From a virus (taxonomy: Duplodnaviria > Heunggongvirae > Uroviricota > Caudoviricetes): a stretch of DNA of 31,949 nt. Under the pieces are notes generated by a model. It was not told where the DNA came from. It made no database searches and saw only the letters and a list, made by a program, of their open reading frames with translations. Below, in pieces: positions 20,570 through 30,720 of the stretch. The stretch covers positions 1 through 31,949 of IMG/VR virus record IMGVR_UViG_2563366840_000012, one strand, 5' to 3'. Numbering within the stretch: the first letter of the stretch is position 1; each line of letters begins with the position of its first letter. The position numbers and the translations under genes are program-made.

Positions 20570-21007
20570 TCATCGAAGGCATTGCGTCCTGATGTACTCC
20601 TGCAGGTAGTTAACCTGCGCGGTTATCCTGTCGATTCCACTTCGGAGACGGTAATAATTGAGTTCAGCATCTGCTGTAAGTCTTGGGCTTTCTCCATCGC
20701 CCATGCTGCTGGCTCCGGTCGTTGACTTTGCACAGGTGGCGGCGACTTGCAGGCGCTTACGCCCAGCAGAAACATCAGCACGGAGACTTTCGATAGTCGC
20801 GTTAGCATCAGCAAGCTCCTTTGTGTATCTGGCGTCGAGTTCTGCTACATCACGTTGACGCTTCTGCATGTCAGCGACTGTGGATGCGGCCTTATCGCGC
20901 TGGGCTTTGTAGGCGATGGCGTTATCACGGTAATGATTAACAGCCCATGACAGGCAGACGATGATGCAGATAACAAGAGCGGAGATAATCGCGGTGACTC
21001 TGCTCAT
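20570..21007 (-). CDS. Rz: i-spanin Rz
   Basis: 145 aa, N-terminal TM segment, follows endolysin; contains embedded Rz1 frame. Confidence 0.85.
   Translation of the reverse strand: MSRVTAIISALVICIIVCLSWAVNHYRDNAIAYKAQRDKAASTVADMQKRQRDVAELDARYTKELADANATIESLRADVSAGRKRLQVAATCAKSTTGASSMGDGESPRLTADAELNYYRLRSGIDRITAQVNYLQEYIRTQCLR
20623..20814 (-). CDS. Rz1: o-spanin Rz1 (lipoprotein) embedded in Rz
   Basis: Signal peptide with lipobox ..VSAC, Pro-rich mature region, nested in the +1 frame of Rz. Confidence 0.75.
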   Translation of the reverse strand: MLMLTRLSKVSVLMFLLGVSACKSPPPVQSQRPEPAAWAMEKAQDLQQMLNSIITVSEVESTG

Positions 21008-21480
21008 ACATCAATCTCTCTGACCGTTCCGCCAGCCTCTTTGAATTTTGCAATCAGGCTGTCAGCCTTATGCTCGAACTGACCATAACCAGCACCAGGC
21101 AGTGAAGCCCAGATATTGCTGCAACGGTCGATTGCCTGACGGATATCACCGCGATCAATCATCGGCAAAGCGCCACGTTCCTTAATCTGCTGCAGCGCAA
21201 CAGCGTCCTGGCTTTTGGGAGAGAAGTCTTTCAGGCCAAGTTGCTTGCGGTAGGCATCCCACCAACGGGAAAGAAGCTGGTAACGTCCGGCGGCTGTTGA
21301 TTTGAGTTTGGGGTTTAGCGTGACAAGTTTGCGAGGGTGATCGGAGTAATCAGTGAATAGCTCTCCGCCAACAATGACGTCATAACCATGATTTCTGGTT
21401 TTCTGACGTCCGTTATCAGTTCCCTCTGACCACGCCAGCATATCGAGGAACGCCTTACGTTGATTATTGATTTCCACCAT
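21004..21480 (-). CDS. R: Endolysin, lambda R-type lytic transglycosylase
   Basis: 158 aa, essentially identical to lambda R as recalled ([39 protein letters not shown]...). Confidence 0.95.
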   Translation of the reverse strand: MVEINNQRKAFLDMLAWSEGTDNGRQKTRNHGYDVIVGGELFTDYSDHPRKLVTLNPKLKSTAAGRYQLLSRWWDAYRKQLGLKDFSPKSQDAVALQQIKERGALPMIDRGDIRQAIDRCSNIWASLPGAGYGQFEHKADSLIAKFKEAGGTVREIDV

Positions 21481-21787
21481 CTTCTACTCCGGCTTTTTTA
21501 GCAGCGAAGCGTTTGATAAGCGAACCAATCGAGTCAGTACCGATGTAGCCGATGAACACGCTCGTTATATAAGCAAGATTGCTACTTAGTCCGGCGAAGT
21601 CGAGAAGGTCACGAATGAACCAGGCGATAATGGCGCACATCGTTGCGTCGATTACTGTTTTTGTAAACGCACCGCCATTATATCTGCCGCGAAGGTACGC
21701 CATTGCAAACGCAAGGATTGCCCCGATGCCTTGTTCCTTTGCCGCGAGAATGGCGGCTAACAGGTCATGTTTTTCTGGCATCTTCAT
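21464..21787 (-). CDS. S: Holin/antiholin, lambda S (S107/S105 dual start)
   Basis: 107 aa, [41 protein letters not shown]... matches lambda S; Met1-Lys2-Met3 dual-start motif present. Confidence 0.95.
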   Translation of the reverse strand: MKMPEKHDLLAAILAAKEQGIGAILAFAMAYLRGRYNGGAFTKTVIDATMCAIIAWFIRDLLDFAGLSSNLAYITSVFIGYIGTDSIGSLIKRFAAKKAGVEDGGNQ

Positions 21788-22083
21788 GTCTTACCCCAAT
21801 AAGGGGATTTGCTCTATTTAATTAGGAATAAGGTCGATTACTGATAGAACAAATCCAGGCTACTGTGTTTAGTAATCAGATTTGTTCGTGACCGATATGC
21901 ACGGGCAAAACGGCATGAGGTTGTTAGCGCAACCTCCTGCCACCCGCTTTCACGAAGCCAGCCATTGAGCTGGTTTTCTTTTATGCAAAGCACACCGCAC
22001 CGTAGCAACAGCGGATAAGGTGATTATTTTTGTCTGTCTGGTATTTGGTTTGATGTGCTTTCAGAAAGGTCGTGCTTAAAACG

Positions 22084-22113
22084 CAAAAAGCCCCGAGCTA
22101 TTAACTCAGGGCT
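22084..22113 (-). terminator. tR'-like intrinsic terminator downstream of pR'
   Basis: Minus-strand AGCCCTGAG...CTCGGGGCT hairpin followed by TTTTTGCGTTTT. Confidence 0.6.
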
Positions 22114-22140
22114 TTATTTAACGAGTGCATTTATCCATCG

Positions 22141-22180
22141 TTGAGTCAAATTTACCCAGCTTTATTCAAAAAGTCAATAT
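22141..22180 (-). promoter_or_regulatory. Late promoter pR' with adjacent qut region
   Basis: Minus-strand TTGACT (22172-22177), 17-bp spacer, TAAATT (22149-22154), followed by TTGACTCAACGATGG as in lambda pR'/qut; directly downstream of Q. Confidence 0.7.
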
Positions 22181-22219
22181 CATGCCGTTAATATGTTGCC
22201 ATCCGTGGCAATCATGCTG

Positions 22220-22843
22220 CTAACGTGTGACCGCATTCAAAATGTTGTCTGCGTTTGACTCTTCCTTGTGGCATTGCACCACCAGAGCGTCATACAGCGG
22301 CTTAACAGTGCGTGACCAGGTGGGTTGGGTAAGGTTTGGGATTAGCATCGTCACAGCGCGATATGCTGCGCTTGCTGGCATCCTTGAATAGCCGACTCCT
22401 TTGCATCTTCCGCACTCTTTCTCGACAACTCTCCCCCACTGCTCTGTTTTGGCAATATCAACGGCCCGGCCAGTACCGTGGCAATCTCTGCATCTTGCGC
22501 CCGGCGTAGCGGCACTACGGCAATAATCCGCATAAGCGAATGTTGCGAGCACTTGCAGTACCTTTGCCTTAGTATTTCCTTCAAGCTTTGCCACGCCACG
22601 GTATTTCCCCGATACCTTGTGTGCAAATTGCATCAGATAGTTGATAGCCTTTTGTTTGTCGTTCTGGCTGAGTTCGTGCTTACCACAGAATGCAGCCATT
22701 CCAAATCCGGCTTGTGATTGCGCCATCCCCATAGCAGCCATCACATCAGTACCGGAAAGAGAGTCAGAAGCCGTAGCCCGTGGTGAGTCGCTCATCATCG
22801 GGCTTTTTGGCGAATGAAATTTAGCTACGCTTTCGAGTCTCAT
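22220..22843 (-). CDS. Q: Late antiterminator Q (lambda type)
   Basis: 207 aa, near-identical to lambda Q as recalled; Cys-rich zinc-binding region CRDCHGTG...CGRCKG. Confidence 0.95.
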   Translation of the reverse strand: MRLESVAKFHSPKSPMMSDSPRATASDSLSGTDVMAAMGMAQSQAGFGMAAFCGKHELSQNDKQKAINYLMQFAHKVSGKYRGVAKLEGNTKAKVLQVLATFAYADYCRSAATPGARCRDCHGTGRAVDIAKTEQWGRVVEKECGRCKGVGYSRMPASAAYRAVTMLIPNLTQPTWSRTVKPLYDALVVQCHKEESNADNILNAVTR

Positions 22844-23028
22844 GGCCTTCCCCTTTTGCCCTGTTTGACCATCAGGACGCCGTTAACTATTACGTGACGC
22901 TCGCCTTTGCTGTCTCGGTTGTACTTGAGCACTGTTCCTCTTGCGCAGGAAAGCATCCTCGCCACTTTGGTCTGATTGCCTCGTGTTTGGATAAGAAGCT
23001 CTGGTATCGTTTGAATTGTGGCGTTCAT
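22840..23028 (-). CDS. ninH: NinH-like small protein
   Basis: 62 aa; ..GNQTKVARMLSCARGTVLKY...IVNGVLMV resembles lambda NinH (..GNQTEVARRLKCSRGTVRKY...IVNDVLMV). Confidence 0.6.
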   Translation of the reverse strand: MNATIQTIPELLIQTRGNQTKVARMLSCARGTVLKYNRDSKGERHVIVNGVLMVKQGKRGRP

Positions 23029-23387
23029 ACGTTCTCCAGTTCGGTGATTTTTATTCCAAGCCTTCCGCCTGGTACTTTCACACCACGAATTACGCGAATG
23101 TCATCGAATTGCTCGTCGTCTTCCGCAAATCCGGCGTGGATAAGGGAGTCGAGTAAACCCTTCAGGATGTTATCGAGGTCGCGGCGGCGGGAGTCTGGAA
23201 CGTCTGCGATGACTTTGATGCGGAGTCGTGATTTGGTGAAAATATCTAACTTGAGTTGGCGGATGATTTGCTGAACGTCTTTTCGGTATTTCTGGCCTTT
23301 ATCGCTGATGTAGTATTGGCTTCCCCGTCTTCGCCAGTAGGTATTCACCGACGGCGGGTATGGAAGCACAAACCGATATTCATTCAT
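23025..23387 (-). CDS. rusA: Holliday junction resolvase RusA
   Basis: 120 aa; MNEYRFVLPYPPSVNTYWRRRG... matches RusA; occupies the ninG/rap position. Confidence 0.85.
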   Translation of the reverse strand: MNEYRFVLPYPPSVNTYWRRRGSQYYISDKGQKYRKDVQQIIRQLKLDIFTKSRLRIKVIADVPDSRRRDLDNILKGLLDSLIHAGFAEDDEQFDDIRVIRGVKVPGGRLGIKITELENV

Positions 23388-23674
23388 GACTTAATCTTCC
23401 CCTCCTTCAGCAATACCGCCTGCGTCCTGATTACGCCTTCGAGGTGGTAAAGTCTGGCGTCTTTGTTGTCGAGATTATGGGTGCGTCGGTCGATTTCATC
23501 GTGACACGAACTACAAGCCCATGCACCGATCAGGTCGTCAGGCTTCATTCCCGTTCCGCAAATTCCAGCCATCCGGTAATGTGCCAGAACTGTAGTTTCA
23601 GGATTGCCATTGCATATGCCGTAAATACGTACCTGGCATTCTCTGCCGCGCGCTTCTTTGCGTAGGTTAGCCAT
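23384..23674 (-). CDS. YbcO-like (DUF1364) Cys-rich protein
   Basis: 96 aa with multiple Cys; position upstream of rusA as ybcO in DLP12; assignment from memory. Confidence 0.55.
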   Translation of the reverse strand: MANLRKEARGRECQVRIYGICNGNPETTVLAHYRMAGICGTGMKPDDLIGAWACSSCHDEIDRRTHNLDNKDARLYHLEGVIRTQAVLLKEGKIKS

Positions 23675-23882
23675 TTACCTTCCCTCGCAATTGAAGAATT
23701 GACTGAAGGTCTTTTTTAATAAATATGCGAGTGCGAATTGAGCAGTAGTTTTCCTTCATTCTGGCGTAGTAATAGTCCTTTCTTTGCTTAAGCTTGTTGG
23801 CATCCGCTGTCATCCAGTCTTTTACAGCAAACTTAATTAACCAGCGGTAACAGAGATACCATTTCAGGTAATCACTCATCAT
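23667..23882 (-). CDS. Hypothetical protein (71 aa)
   Basis: ORF bridging ninF and ybcO-like with short overlaps; no recognised motif. Confidence 0.35.
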   Translation of the reverse strand: MMSDYLKWYLCYRWLIKFAVKDWMTADANKLKQRKDYYYARMKENYCSIRTRIFIKKDLQSILQLRGKVNG

Positions 23883-24066
23883 CTTCTTCCTCGTACATTG
23901 AGCTATTCGGATCGCTCATCAGTTCTGCGCAGCAGTGCTCACACACGTGAACTTCCAGCACATGCAGCTTCTGACCGCAGTTAGCGCACGTTAAAGCTCG
24001 CTCGACACTTTCTTGTTCGTAACTTCGATTTTGGTCAATCACCTTGTTTTCCTCATGCGGTTCCAT
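23872..24066 (-). CDS. ninF: NinF
   Basis: C-terminal 64 aa of the 154 aa track ORF (MEPHEENKVIDQNRSYEQESVERALTCANCGQKLHVLEVHVCEHCCAELMSDPNSSMYEEEDDE) match lambda NinF; ATG at 24064-24066. Confidence 0.8.
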   Translation of the reverse strand: MEPHEENKVIDQNRSYEQESVERALTCANCGQKLHVLEVHVCEHCCAELMSDPNSSMYEEEDDE

Positions 24067-24181
24067 TTGGCCTGTAACAGCCCGTAGACATAATCGAATG
24101 TCTTTACCTGGCTTTCTGTGGGGATTGGTTTCTTGCGGGATTTGGTGCGTTTGGTAGGAGTAAAAATCAGGTTGTCTAACG

Positions 24182-24355
24182 CTATTTGAGTAACGCTTCG
24201 TCGCTGTCTCGCCATACGTCCTCCTTTTCCTGAGGTAGTGGTAACACCCCTGTTGGTGTTCTTTCACACCGGAGACACCATCGATTCCAGTAAGGTTGCC
24301 CGGGTCGAAAGCGATCGCCTTCCTTTCGCTCTCCACATCGATAACAGTGCTTCAT
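24182..24355 (-). CDS. Small zinc-ribbon protein (CxxC...CxxC), translationally coupled to the methyltransferase
   Basis: ATG 24353-24355 overlaps the MTase stop 24352-24354 (ATGA); [16 protein letters not shown]...WCLRCER two CxxC pairs; possibly NinD-like. Confidence 0.5.
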   Translation of the reverse strand: MKHCYRCGERKEGDRFRPGQPYWNRWCLRCERTPTGVLPLPQEKEDVWRDSDEALLK

Positions 24356-24942
24356 GCGATCACCATTTTGCATGGTTTAATCGCCATGCCGGTAGCCAGT
24401 TCAAAATCGGAGTTGCACTGATTGCCCCACATATCCCACCCGGTCACTTTGTCGCGGCTAAATAACTCACAGCGCGGCACGTCGCCAAGCAACTTAGCTA
24501 ACATGTCTCTTACGATCGGTGGTTTTGCACTGTGCTCCATTCTCGGTGCGGTAAAGTGCTGGCATATGGAAGCGTCCATTCTCTCAGGCAACCGCCCTCG
24601 AACAGCAAACAAGCAATCCTCGCTATTTGCCCTGGTCATATGCCCCATTCCGATCGCACTGTTGCCTTTGTGCTTATTGGTTTTGTGCCAGGTAAAGCCT
24701 TTCATAGTCATCAACCTGAATCCCCACGCCTCAACTACCTTTAGCGCTTCGGCTGGCTGTGTCGGCACCCACCACATCGCTAACAAGCAAGATTCTGGAT
24801 CCGCTAAATCCCATACTGGCAGTCGGCAAATGTCCTGAACATTCATAACATCGTATTTATGTCCAGCACCGCGATTGCCATCGTTGGCTTTGTCGCGATA
24901 TTGCCAAGGCGGATCTGCGTAAATAAGTCGGTATTTGTTCAT
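24352..24942 (-). CDS. DNA N6-adenine methyltransferase, MT-A70 family
   Basis: 196 aa; catalytic DPPW motif ([10 protein letters not shown]) near the N-terminus; occupies the ninC-ninE slot. Confidence 0.8.
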   Translation of the reverse strand: MNKYRLIYADPPWQYRDKANDGNRGAGHKYDVMNVQDICRLPVWDLADPESCLLAMWWVPTQPAEALKVVEAWGFRLMTMKGFTWHKTNKHKGNSAIGMGHMTRANSEDCLFAVRGRLPERMDASICQHFTAPRMEHSAKPPIVRDMLAKLLGDVPRCELFSRDKVTGWDMWGNQCNSDFELATGMAIKPCKMVIA

Positions 24943-25379
24943 GCAGCTTTATCTCTCCATCTCGCTTTCCACTCCAGAGCCAGTCGCGCTTCGTCTGACC
25001 ACTTAACGCCACGTTCTGTACCGAATGCCTGTATAAGCTCTAATAGCTCCGCAAATTCGCTTACACGCATCCTGCTGGTTGACTGGCCTATTACCACAAA
25101 GCCATTCCCGGCAAGGTTAGGAACAACATCCTGCTGCTTTAATGCTGCGGTAAACACACACTTCCAGCTTTCTGCATCCAGCCAGCGACCATGCCATTCA
25201 ACCTGACGAGAGACGTCACCTAAGCAGGCCCATAGCTTCCTGTTTTGGTCTAAGCTGCGGTTGCGTTCCTGAATGGTTACTACGATTGGTTTGGTTGGGT
25301 CTGGAAGGATTTGCTGTACTGCGTGAATAGCGTTTTGCTGATGTGCTGGAGATCGAATTTCAAAGGTTAGTTTTTTCAT
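24939..25379 (-). CDS. ninB: NinB recombination protein
   Basis: MKKLTFEIRSPAHQQNAIHAVQQILPDPTKP... near-identical to lambda NinB; ATG 25377-25379 with GGGAGAGGGAAG RBS. Confidence 0.9.
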   Translation of the reverse strand: MKKLTFEIRSPAHQQNAIHAVQQILPDPTKPIVVTIQERNRSLDQNRKLWACLGDVSRQVEWHGRWLDAESWKCVFTAALKQQDVVPNLAGNGFVVIGQSTSRMRVSEFAELLELIQAFGTERGVKWSDEARLALEWKARWRDKAA

Positions 25380-25452
25380 GACTTCCCTCTCCCCCAAATA
25401 AAAAGGCCTGCGATTACCAGCAGGCCTGTTATTAGCTCAGTAATGTAGATGG

Positions 25453-25743
25453 TCATCTTTTAACTCCATATACCGCCAATACCCGTTTCATCGCGGCACT
25501 CTGGCGACACTCCTTAAAAACCAGGTTCGTGCTCATCTTTCCTTCCCGTTCTTCCCTGGTAGCAAACCGGTAATACACCGTTCGCCAGACCTTACCTTCG
25601 ATAACCAGAAGACCTGCCCGTGCCATTTTAGCCGCGGCCTGATTTATGCTGGTTACTGTTGCGCCTGTTAGCGCGGCAACGTCCGGCGCACAGAAGCTAT
25701 TATGCGTCCCCAGGTAATGAATAATTGCCTCTTTGCCCGTCAT
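25453..25743 (-). CDS. ren: Ren
   Basis: 96 aa, near-identical to lambda Ren as recalled. Confidence 0.9.
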   Translation of the reverse strand: MTGKEAIIHYLGTHNSFCAPDVAALTGATVTSINQAAAKMARAGLLVIEGKVWRTVYYRFATREEREGKMSTNLVFKECRQSAAMKRVLAVYGVKR

Positions 25744-26441
25744 ACACTTGCTCCTTTCAGTCCGAACTTAGCTTTGATTTCTGCGATCTTCGCCAGAGCC
25801 TGTGCACGATTTAGAGGTCTACCGCCCATGACAGGAAGTTGTTTTACTGGTTCAGGGATCGCCTCACCACGGTTAATTCTCGCAGTCATATGGACAAGCT
25901 CATCTGCGGCCTTACGGCGTAATTCCGCATCAGTAAGCGCATTGGCCCGCATGTTCTGATACAGGTTGGTAACCAGCCAGTAGTGCGCGTTTGATTTCCA
26001 CGGATAAGACTCCGCATCCGGATACAGGCCTCGCTTCCGGCAATACTCGTAAACCATATCAACCAGCTCGCTGACGTTTGGCAGTCCGGCGGTAACGGAT
26101 GCTTCTTCCCGGCACCATGCAACAAACTGCCCGGGTGATGGCAGAAATGGTCGATTCTGCCGACGGGCTACGCGCATTCCTGCGTTAACCTGTTCCATCG
26201 TGGTGATCCCGTTTTCCCGAAAAGCCAGAACCCACTGGCGACGGATTTCGTTCACTTCGTTCTGGTCACGGTTAGCCAGGCTCGCCGGGAAAGTTGCCAG
26301 TAACTGGCTGAACACACCGTTGATGATCTGCGCTACCTGCTGTACCTGCGGCTTTTCGTCGTACTGTTCCGGCATGTTGTTGGCGATCCGACGCATCTGC
26401 TCACGGTCAAAGTTAACCATCTGTGCGGCGATGTTTTTCAT
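25740..26441 (-). CDS. P: Replication protein P (DnaB loader)
   Basis: 233 aa, near-identical to lambda P. Confidence 0.95.
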   Translation of the reverse strand: MKNIAAQMVNFDREQMRRIANNMPEQYDEKPQVQQVAQIINGVFSQLLATFPASLANRDQNEVNEIRRQWVLAFRENGITTMEQVNAGMRVARRQNRPFLPSPGQFVAWCREEASVTAGLPNVSELVDMVYEYCRKRGLYPDAESYPWKSNAHYWLVTNLYQNMRANALTDAELRRKAADELVHMTARINRGEAIPEPVKQLPVMGGRPLNRAQALAKIAEIKAKFGLKGASV

Positions 26442-27337
26442 AGATCCACCCCGTAAATCCAGTCTGTGTTTGTCAGGTCGAGTTTTGGTTTGCTGGCTGT
26501 CACGCCTGCCTGTTGCTTGTTACGGTTGATTTCGAGTTGGGTCCACTTATCGCGGAGTTTGGCCGGGCTCAGCACGTTACCGGACCAGAAGTTGTCCTGG
26601 CATGCCCAGCGGAACAGCACACACATGTCGCGGTGGTTACGTCCGTCACGTTCACGCATCAGGCGGATATCGTTAGCCCACCCAGCAAAATTCGGTTTTC
26701 TGGCTGATGGTGCGATAGTCTTCACCATGTCAAACATCCACTCTGCGGCGGTCAGGTCTTCTGCTGTCCCCCACTTGCTGCCGCTCTGAATTGCAGCATC
26801 CGGTTTCACCACAGAAAGGTCGTTTTCTGGCTGGTCAGAGGATTCGCCAGAATTCTCTGACGAATAATCTTTTCTTTTTTCTTTTGTAATAGTGTCTTTT
26901 GTGTCCCCCTGTTTTGAGGGATAGCAATCCCCCAATTTGAGGGATGTTTTATCCCTCGTTTTAGGGGATTTTCCCTCGTTTTGAGGGATGCACCATTCTG
27001 AGATGTTTTTATTTGGTCCAAACATGCCGCCTTGCTGCTTGATAATATTCATTCTGACGAGTTCTAACTTGGCTTCATTGCACCGTTTGACAGGTAACTT
27101 TGTAATCTCGCTAAGTTGAGAATCGGTGATTCTGTCCATTGGTTTATTCCACCCATAGGTTTTACGCAGAATGGCAAGCAGCACTTTAAACTGTCGCTTG
27201 GTCAGATCTGCGCCCGAATAAGCCTCAAGCAGCATATTTGATAGTCTGGCGTAACCATCATCGAGATCTGCCACATTACGCTCCTGTCCGGCAAAGTTAC
27301 CTCTGCCGAAGTTGAGTATTTTTGCTGTATTTGTCAT
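26438..27337 (-). CDS. O: Replication initiator O
   Basis: 299 aa, near-identical to lambda O; contains ori iterons. Confidence 0.95.
   Translation of the reverse strand: MTNTAKILNFGRGNFAGQERNVADLDDGYARLSNMLLEAYSGADLTKRQFKVLLAILRKTYGWNKPMDRITDSQLSEITKLPVKRCNEAKLELVRMNIIKQQGGMFGPNKNISEWCIPQNEGKSPKTRDKTSLKLGDCYPSKQGDTKDTITKEKRKDYSSENSGESSDQPENDLSVVKPDAAIQSGSKWGTAEDLTAAEWMFDMVKTIAPSARKPNFAGWANDIRLMRERDGRNHRDMCVLFRWACQDNFWSGNVLSPAKLRDKWTQLEINRNKQQAGVTASKPKLDLTNTDWIYGVDL
26860..26990. other. ori-lambda: four ~19-bp iterons plus adjacent AT-rich region inside O
   Basis: Repeats of TCCCTC(A/G)xxxxGAGGGA-type inverted units at about 26903-26921, 26927-26945, 26951-26970 and 26972-26989, flanked by a T-rich tract at 26861-26900. 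Confidence 0.85.
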
Positions 27338-27348
27338 AATGACTCCTG

Positions 27349-27425
27349 TTGATAGATCCAGTAATGACCTCAGAACTCCATCTGGATTTGTTCAGAACGC
27401 TCGGTTGCCGCCGGGCGTTTTTTAT
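27349..27425 (+). ncRNA. oop: OOP antisense RNA (overlaps the cII 3' end)
   Basis: Plus-strand hairpin ...CGCTCGGTTGCCGCCGGGCG followed by TTTTTTATT at 27396-27425 matches the lambda to terminator; 5' end inferred from the known ~77 nt length. Confidence 0.6.
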
Positions 27426-27663
27426 TGGTGAGAATCGCAGCAACTTGTCGCGCCAATCGAGCCATGTCGTCGTCAACGACCCCCCATTCAAGAACAGCAA
27501 GCAGCATTGAGAACTTTGGAATCCAGTCCCTCTTCCACCTGCTGATCTGCGACTTATCAACGCCCACAGCTTCCGCTGTCTTCTCAGTTCCAAGCATTGC
27601 GATTTTGTTAAGCAACGCACTCTCGATTCGTAGAGCCTCGTTGCGTTTGTTTGCACGAACCAT
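27370..27663 (-). CDS. cII: Transcriptional activator cII
   Basis: MVRANKRNEALRIESALLNKIAMLGTEKTAEAVGVDKSQISRWKRDWIPKF... identical to lambda cII as recalled; ATG 27661-27663. Confidence 0.95.
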   Translation of the reverse strand: MVRANKRNEALRIESALLNKIAMLGTEKTAEAVGVDKSQISRWKRDWIPKFSMLLAVLEWGVVDDDMARLARQVAAILTNKKRPAATERSEQIQMEF

Positions 27664-27697
27664 ATGTAAGTATTTCCTTAGATAACAATTGATTGAA

Positions 27698-27719
27698 TGT
27701 ATGCAAATAAATGCATACA
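27698..27719 (-). terminator. tR1-like hairpin between nutR and cII
   Basis: Minus-strand GTATGCA-TTTATT-TGCATAC hairpin in a lambda-like cII leader. Confidence 0.45.
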
Positions 27720-27742
27720 CCATAGGTGTGGTTTAATTTGAT

Positions 27743-27774
27743 GCCCTTTTTCAGGGCTGGGATGTGTAAGAGCG
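27743..27774 (-). promoter_or_regulatory. nutR (boxA CGCTCTTAC, boxB GCCCTGAAAAAGGGC)
   Basis: Exact lambda nutR boxB on the minus strand at 27743-27757 and boxA at 27766-27774, just downstream of cro. Confidence 0.8.
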
Positions 27775-27782
27775 GGAATGTC

Positions 27783-29141
<1,359 letters not shown>

Positions 29142-29191
29142 TCCCCACCTCAATCTCGATAACCAAAAAACAAACTATTTTCCGTTTAAAA

Positions 29192-29265
29192 ACAATGGAG
29201 TTTGTTTTTCATGCCCCTTTTTTACAATATTTCTTGTTTACAACATACAATCTTTCTTGTAATTT
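29192..29265 (+). promoter_or_regulatory. 434-type left operators (three sites) and pL
   Basis: ACAA-N6-TTGT sites at 29192-29205, 29224-29237 and 29247-29260; candidate -35 TTTACA (29237-29242) and -10 TAATTT (29260-29265) with 17-bp spacing. Confidence 0.75.
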
Positions 29266-29306
29266 TAAGCCATCAGCAGGACGCACTGACCACCATTGAA
29301 GGTGAT

Positions 29307-29336
29307 GCTCTTAAAAATTAAGCCCTGAAGAAGGGC
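29307..29336 (+). promoter_or_regulatory. nutL (boxA GCTCTTAA, boxB GCCCTGAAGAAGGGC)
   Basis: Exact lambda nutL boxB at 29322-29336 preceded by boxA-like TGCTCTTAAAAATTAA. Confidence 0.85.
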
Positions 29337-29494
29337 AGCATTCAAAGCAGAAGGCTTTGGGGTGTGTGATACGAAACGAAGCATTGGCCGGAAGTGCGAA
29401 TCCGGATTAGCTGCAAATGAGCCAATCGTGGGGTGTTTTCGTTCAGGACTACGACTCACACACACCACCAAAGCTAACTGACAAGAGAATCCAG

Positions 29495-29818
29495 ATGGAT
29501 GCACAAACACGCCGCCGCGAACGTCGCGCAGAGAAACAGGCTCAATGGAAAGCAGCAAATCCCCTGTTGGTTGGGGTAAGCGCAAAACCAGTTAACCGCC
29601 CTATTCTCTCGCTGAATCGCAAACCGAAATCACGAGTAGAAAGCGCACTGAATCCGATAGACCTTACGGTGCTGGCTGAATACCACGAACAGATTGAAAG
29701 CAACCTGCAACGTATTGAGCGCAAGAATCATCGAGTTTGGTATAGCAAGCCAAGTGAGTTCGGTATAACTTGTCAAGGAAGACAAAAGGTTAAAGGGAAA
29801 TCCATTCCATTGGCATGA
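29495..29818 (+). CDS. N: Antiterminator N
   Basis: MDAQTRRRERRAEKQAQWKAANPLLVGVSAKPVNRPILSLNRKPKSRVESALNPIDLTVLAEYHEQIESNLQRIERKN... matches lambda N, arginine-rich motif present; track ORF begins upstream at 29417. Confidence 0.95.
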   Translation: MDAQTRRRERRAEKQAQWKAANPLLVGVSAKPVNRPILSLNRKPKSRVESALNPIDLTVLAEYHEQIESNLQRIERKNHRVWYSKPSEFGITCQGRQKVKGKSIPLA

Positions 29819-29826
29819 GGTACGTA

Positions 29827-30696
29827 ATGAAGAAAATTGATTACAAGTCCATACCAAAACCAATAGACTCAGCATCAGAACGAAAAAAACACAAAAAAGA
29901 GGCTGAAAAATTAGCAAATTATATCAGTTTTATTAGAAACAATGCTCACGGCGATGGCGACAGGAAGTTGCTTTCAGATGCCCGGACCCAAGCGTTCAGT
30001 ATACTTCGTAAGCAGATGCAATATCGTCTTCATCCAGGCTACATAATTGAAATTCGCCCGACTGAAAGACAATTGTTCTTATTAAACTCTGTCTTTGACT
30101 TTGTAAACGTAGTTGGAGATCTTATCGACAGGTCTGTAGATAAGGCTCCTGATACAAATAGTTTTCTTCTAACAAATAAAGAATACTTATATGGTAAATT
30201 TGGTATAAACGGATGGCAAAAATATGTACGATTCTTACGTGCATTCGTTGATGCGTATAAAAATTCCGACATGATTTATACATATTTGCCTGGTGGTGAT
30301 AATTGTACGCTTTCGGCAGACAATAGAATATTCATACCTATACTTGGTCTTGGGCTGATTAATGCAGTAAATGAAAGAGATGTTATAATTGTTAAGCAGT
30401 GGCGAAAGCATGAGGGATATAGATATCTGCCATGCTTTGATATATTAAAAATACAGAATAAATTCTATGTAAAAATTAAATATAAAGAAGATGTTTTCTT
30501 CCTCAGAAAAAACAAAGATCTTTTACAAGAACTTTCTGGGACAATAGATGTCATCGTAGGTTCTAGGTTTATAAAAGAACTGAAAGAAAGCAGGTCTTTC
30601 TCTCGTGTAGAGATAAGCGAGTCAGAGTTATGGGGTATATCAAATAATCCTGTAAACCACGCTCACCAACGAAATCCAAACAAAAAGTGGTCATAA
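29827..30696 (+). CDS. Hypothetical AT-rich protein (~289 aa) fused downstream of N in the ral/sieB slot
   Basis: ATG 29827 with GAGG RBS 6 nt upstream (alternative ATG 29815 overlapping the N stop); markedly AT-rich; no family recognised. Confidence 0.6.
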   Translation: MKKIDYKSIPKPIDSASERKKHKKEAEKLANYISFIRNNAHGDGDRKLLSDARTQAFSILRKQMQYRLHPGYIIEIRPTERQLFLLNSVFDFVNVVGDLIDRSVDKAPDTNSFLLTNKEYLYGKFGINGWQKYVRFLRAFVDAYKNSDMIYTYLPGGDNCTLSADNRIFIPILGLGLINAVNERDVIIVKQWRKHEGYRYLPCFDILKIQNKFYVKIKYKEDVFFLRKNKDLLQELSGTIDVIVGSRFIKELKESRSFSRVEISESELWGISNNPVNHAHQRNPNKKWS

Positions 30697-30720
30697 CCCG
30701 CTCAGGCGGGTTTCATTTTC
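30697..30720 (+). terminator. Intrinsic terminator immediately after the AT-rich ORF
   Basis: CCCGCTCAGGCGGG hairpin followed by TTTCATTTT starting 1 nt after the stop codon. Confidence 0.65.

Noticed and set aside
20540-20590. 14-codon plus-strand ORF with an AAGGA-like RBS at the Rz 3' end
   Set aside because: Too short and antisense to the Rz terminus; probably chance.
23872-24336. 154 aa ORF in the ninF frame
   Set aside because: Only the C-terminal 64 aa match NinF; the upstream 90 codons are an open-frame extension that overlaps the zinc-ribbon ORF in another frame, so the gene was trimmed to the ATG at 24066.
27297-27656. 119 aa minus-strand ORF overlapping cII in another frame
   Set aside because: Alternative frame of the cII/oop region; cII identity is unambiguous.
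29417-29818. 133 aa ORF, N-terminally extended N
   Set aside because: N begins at the ATG at 29495 (MDAQTRRRERR); upstream codons lie in the nutL leader.
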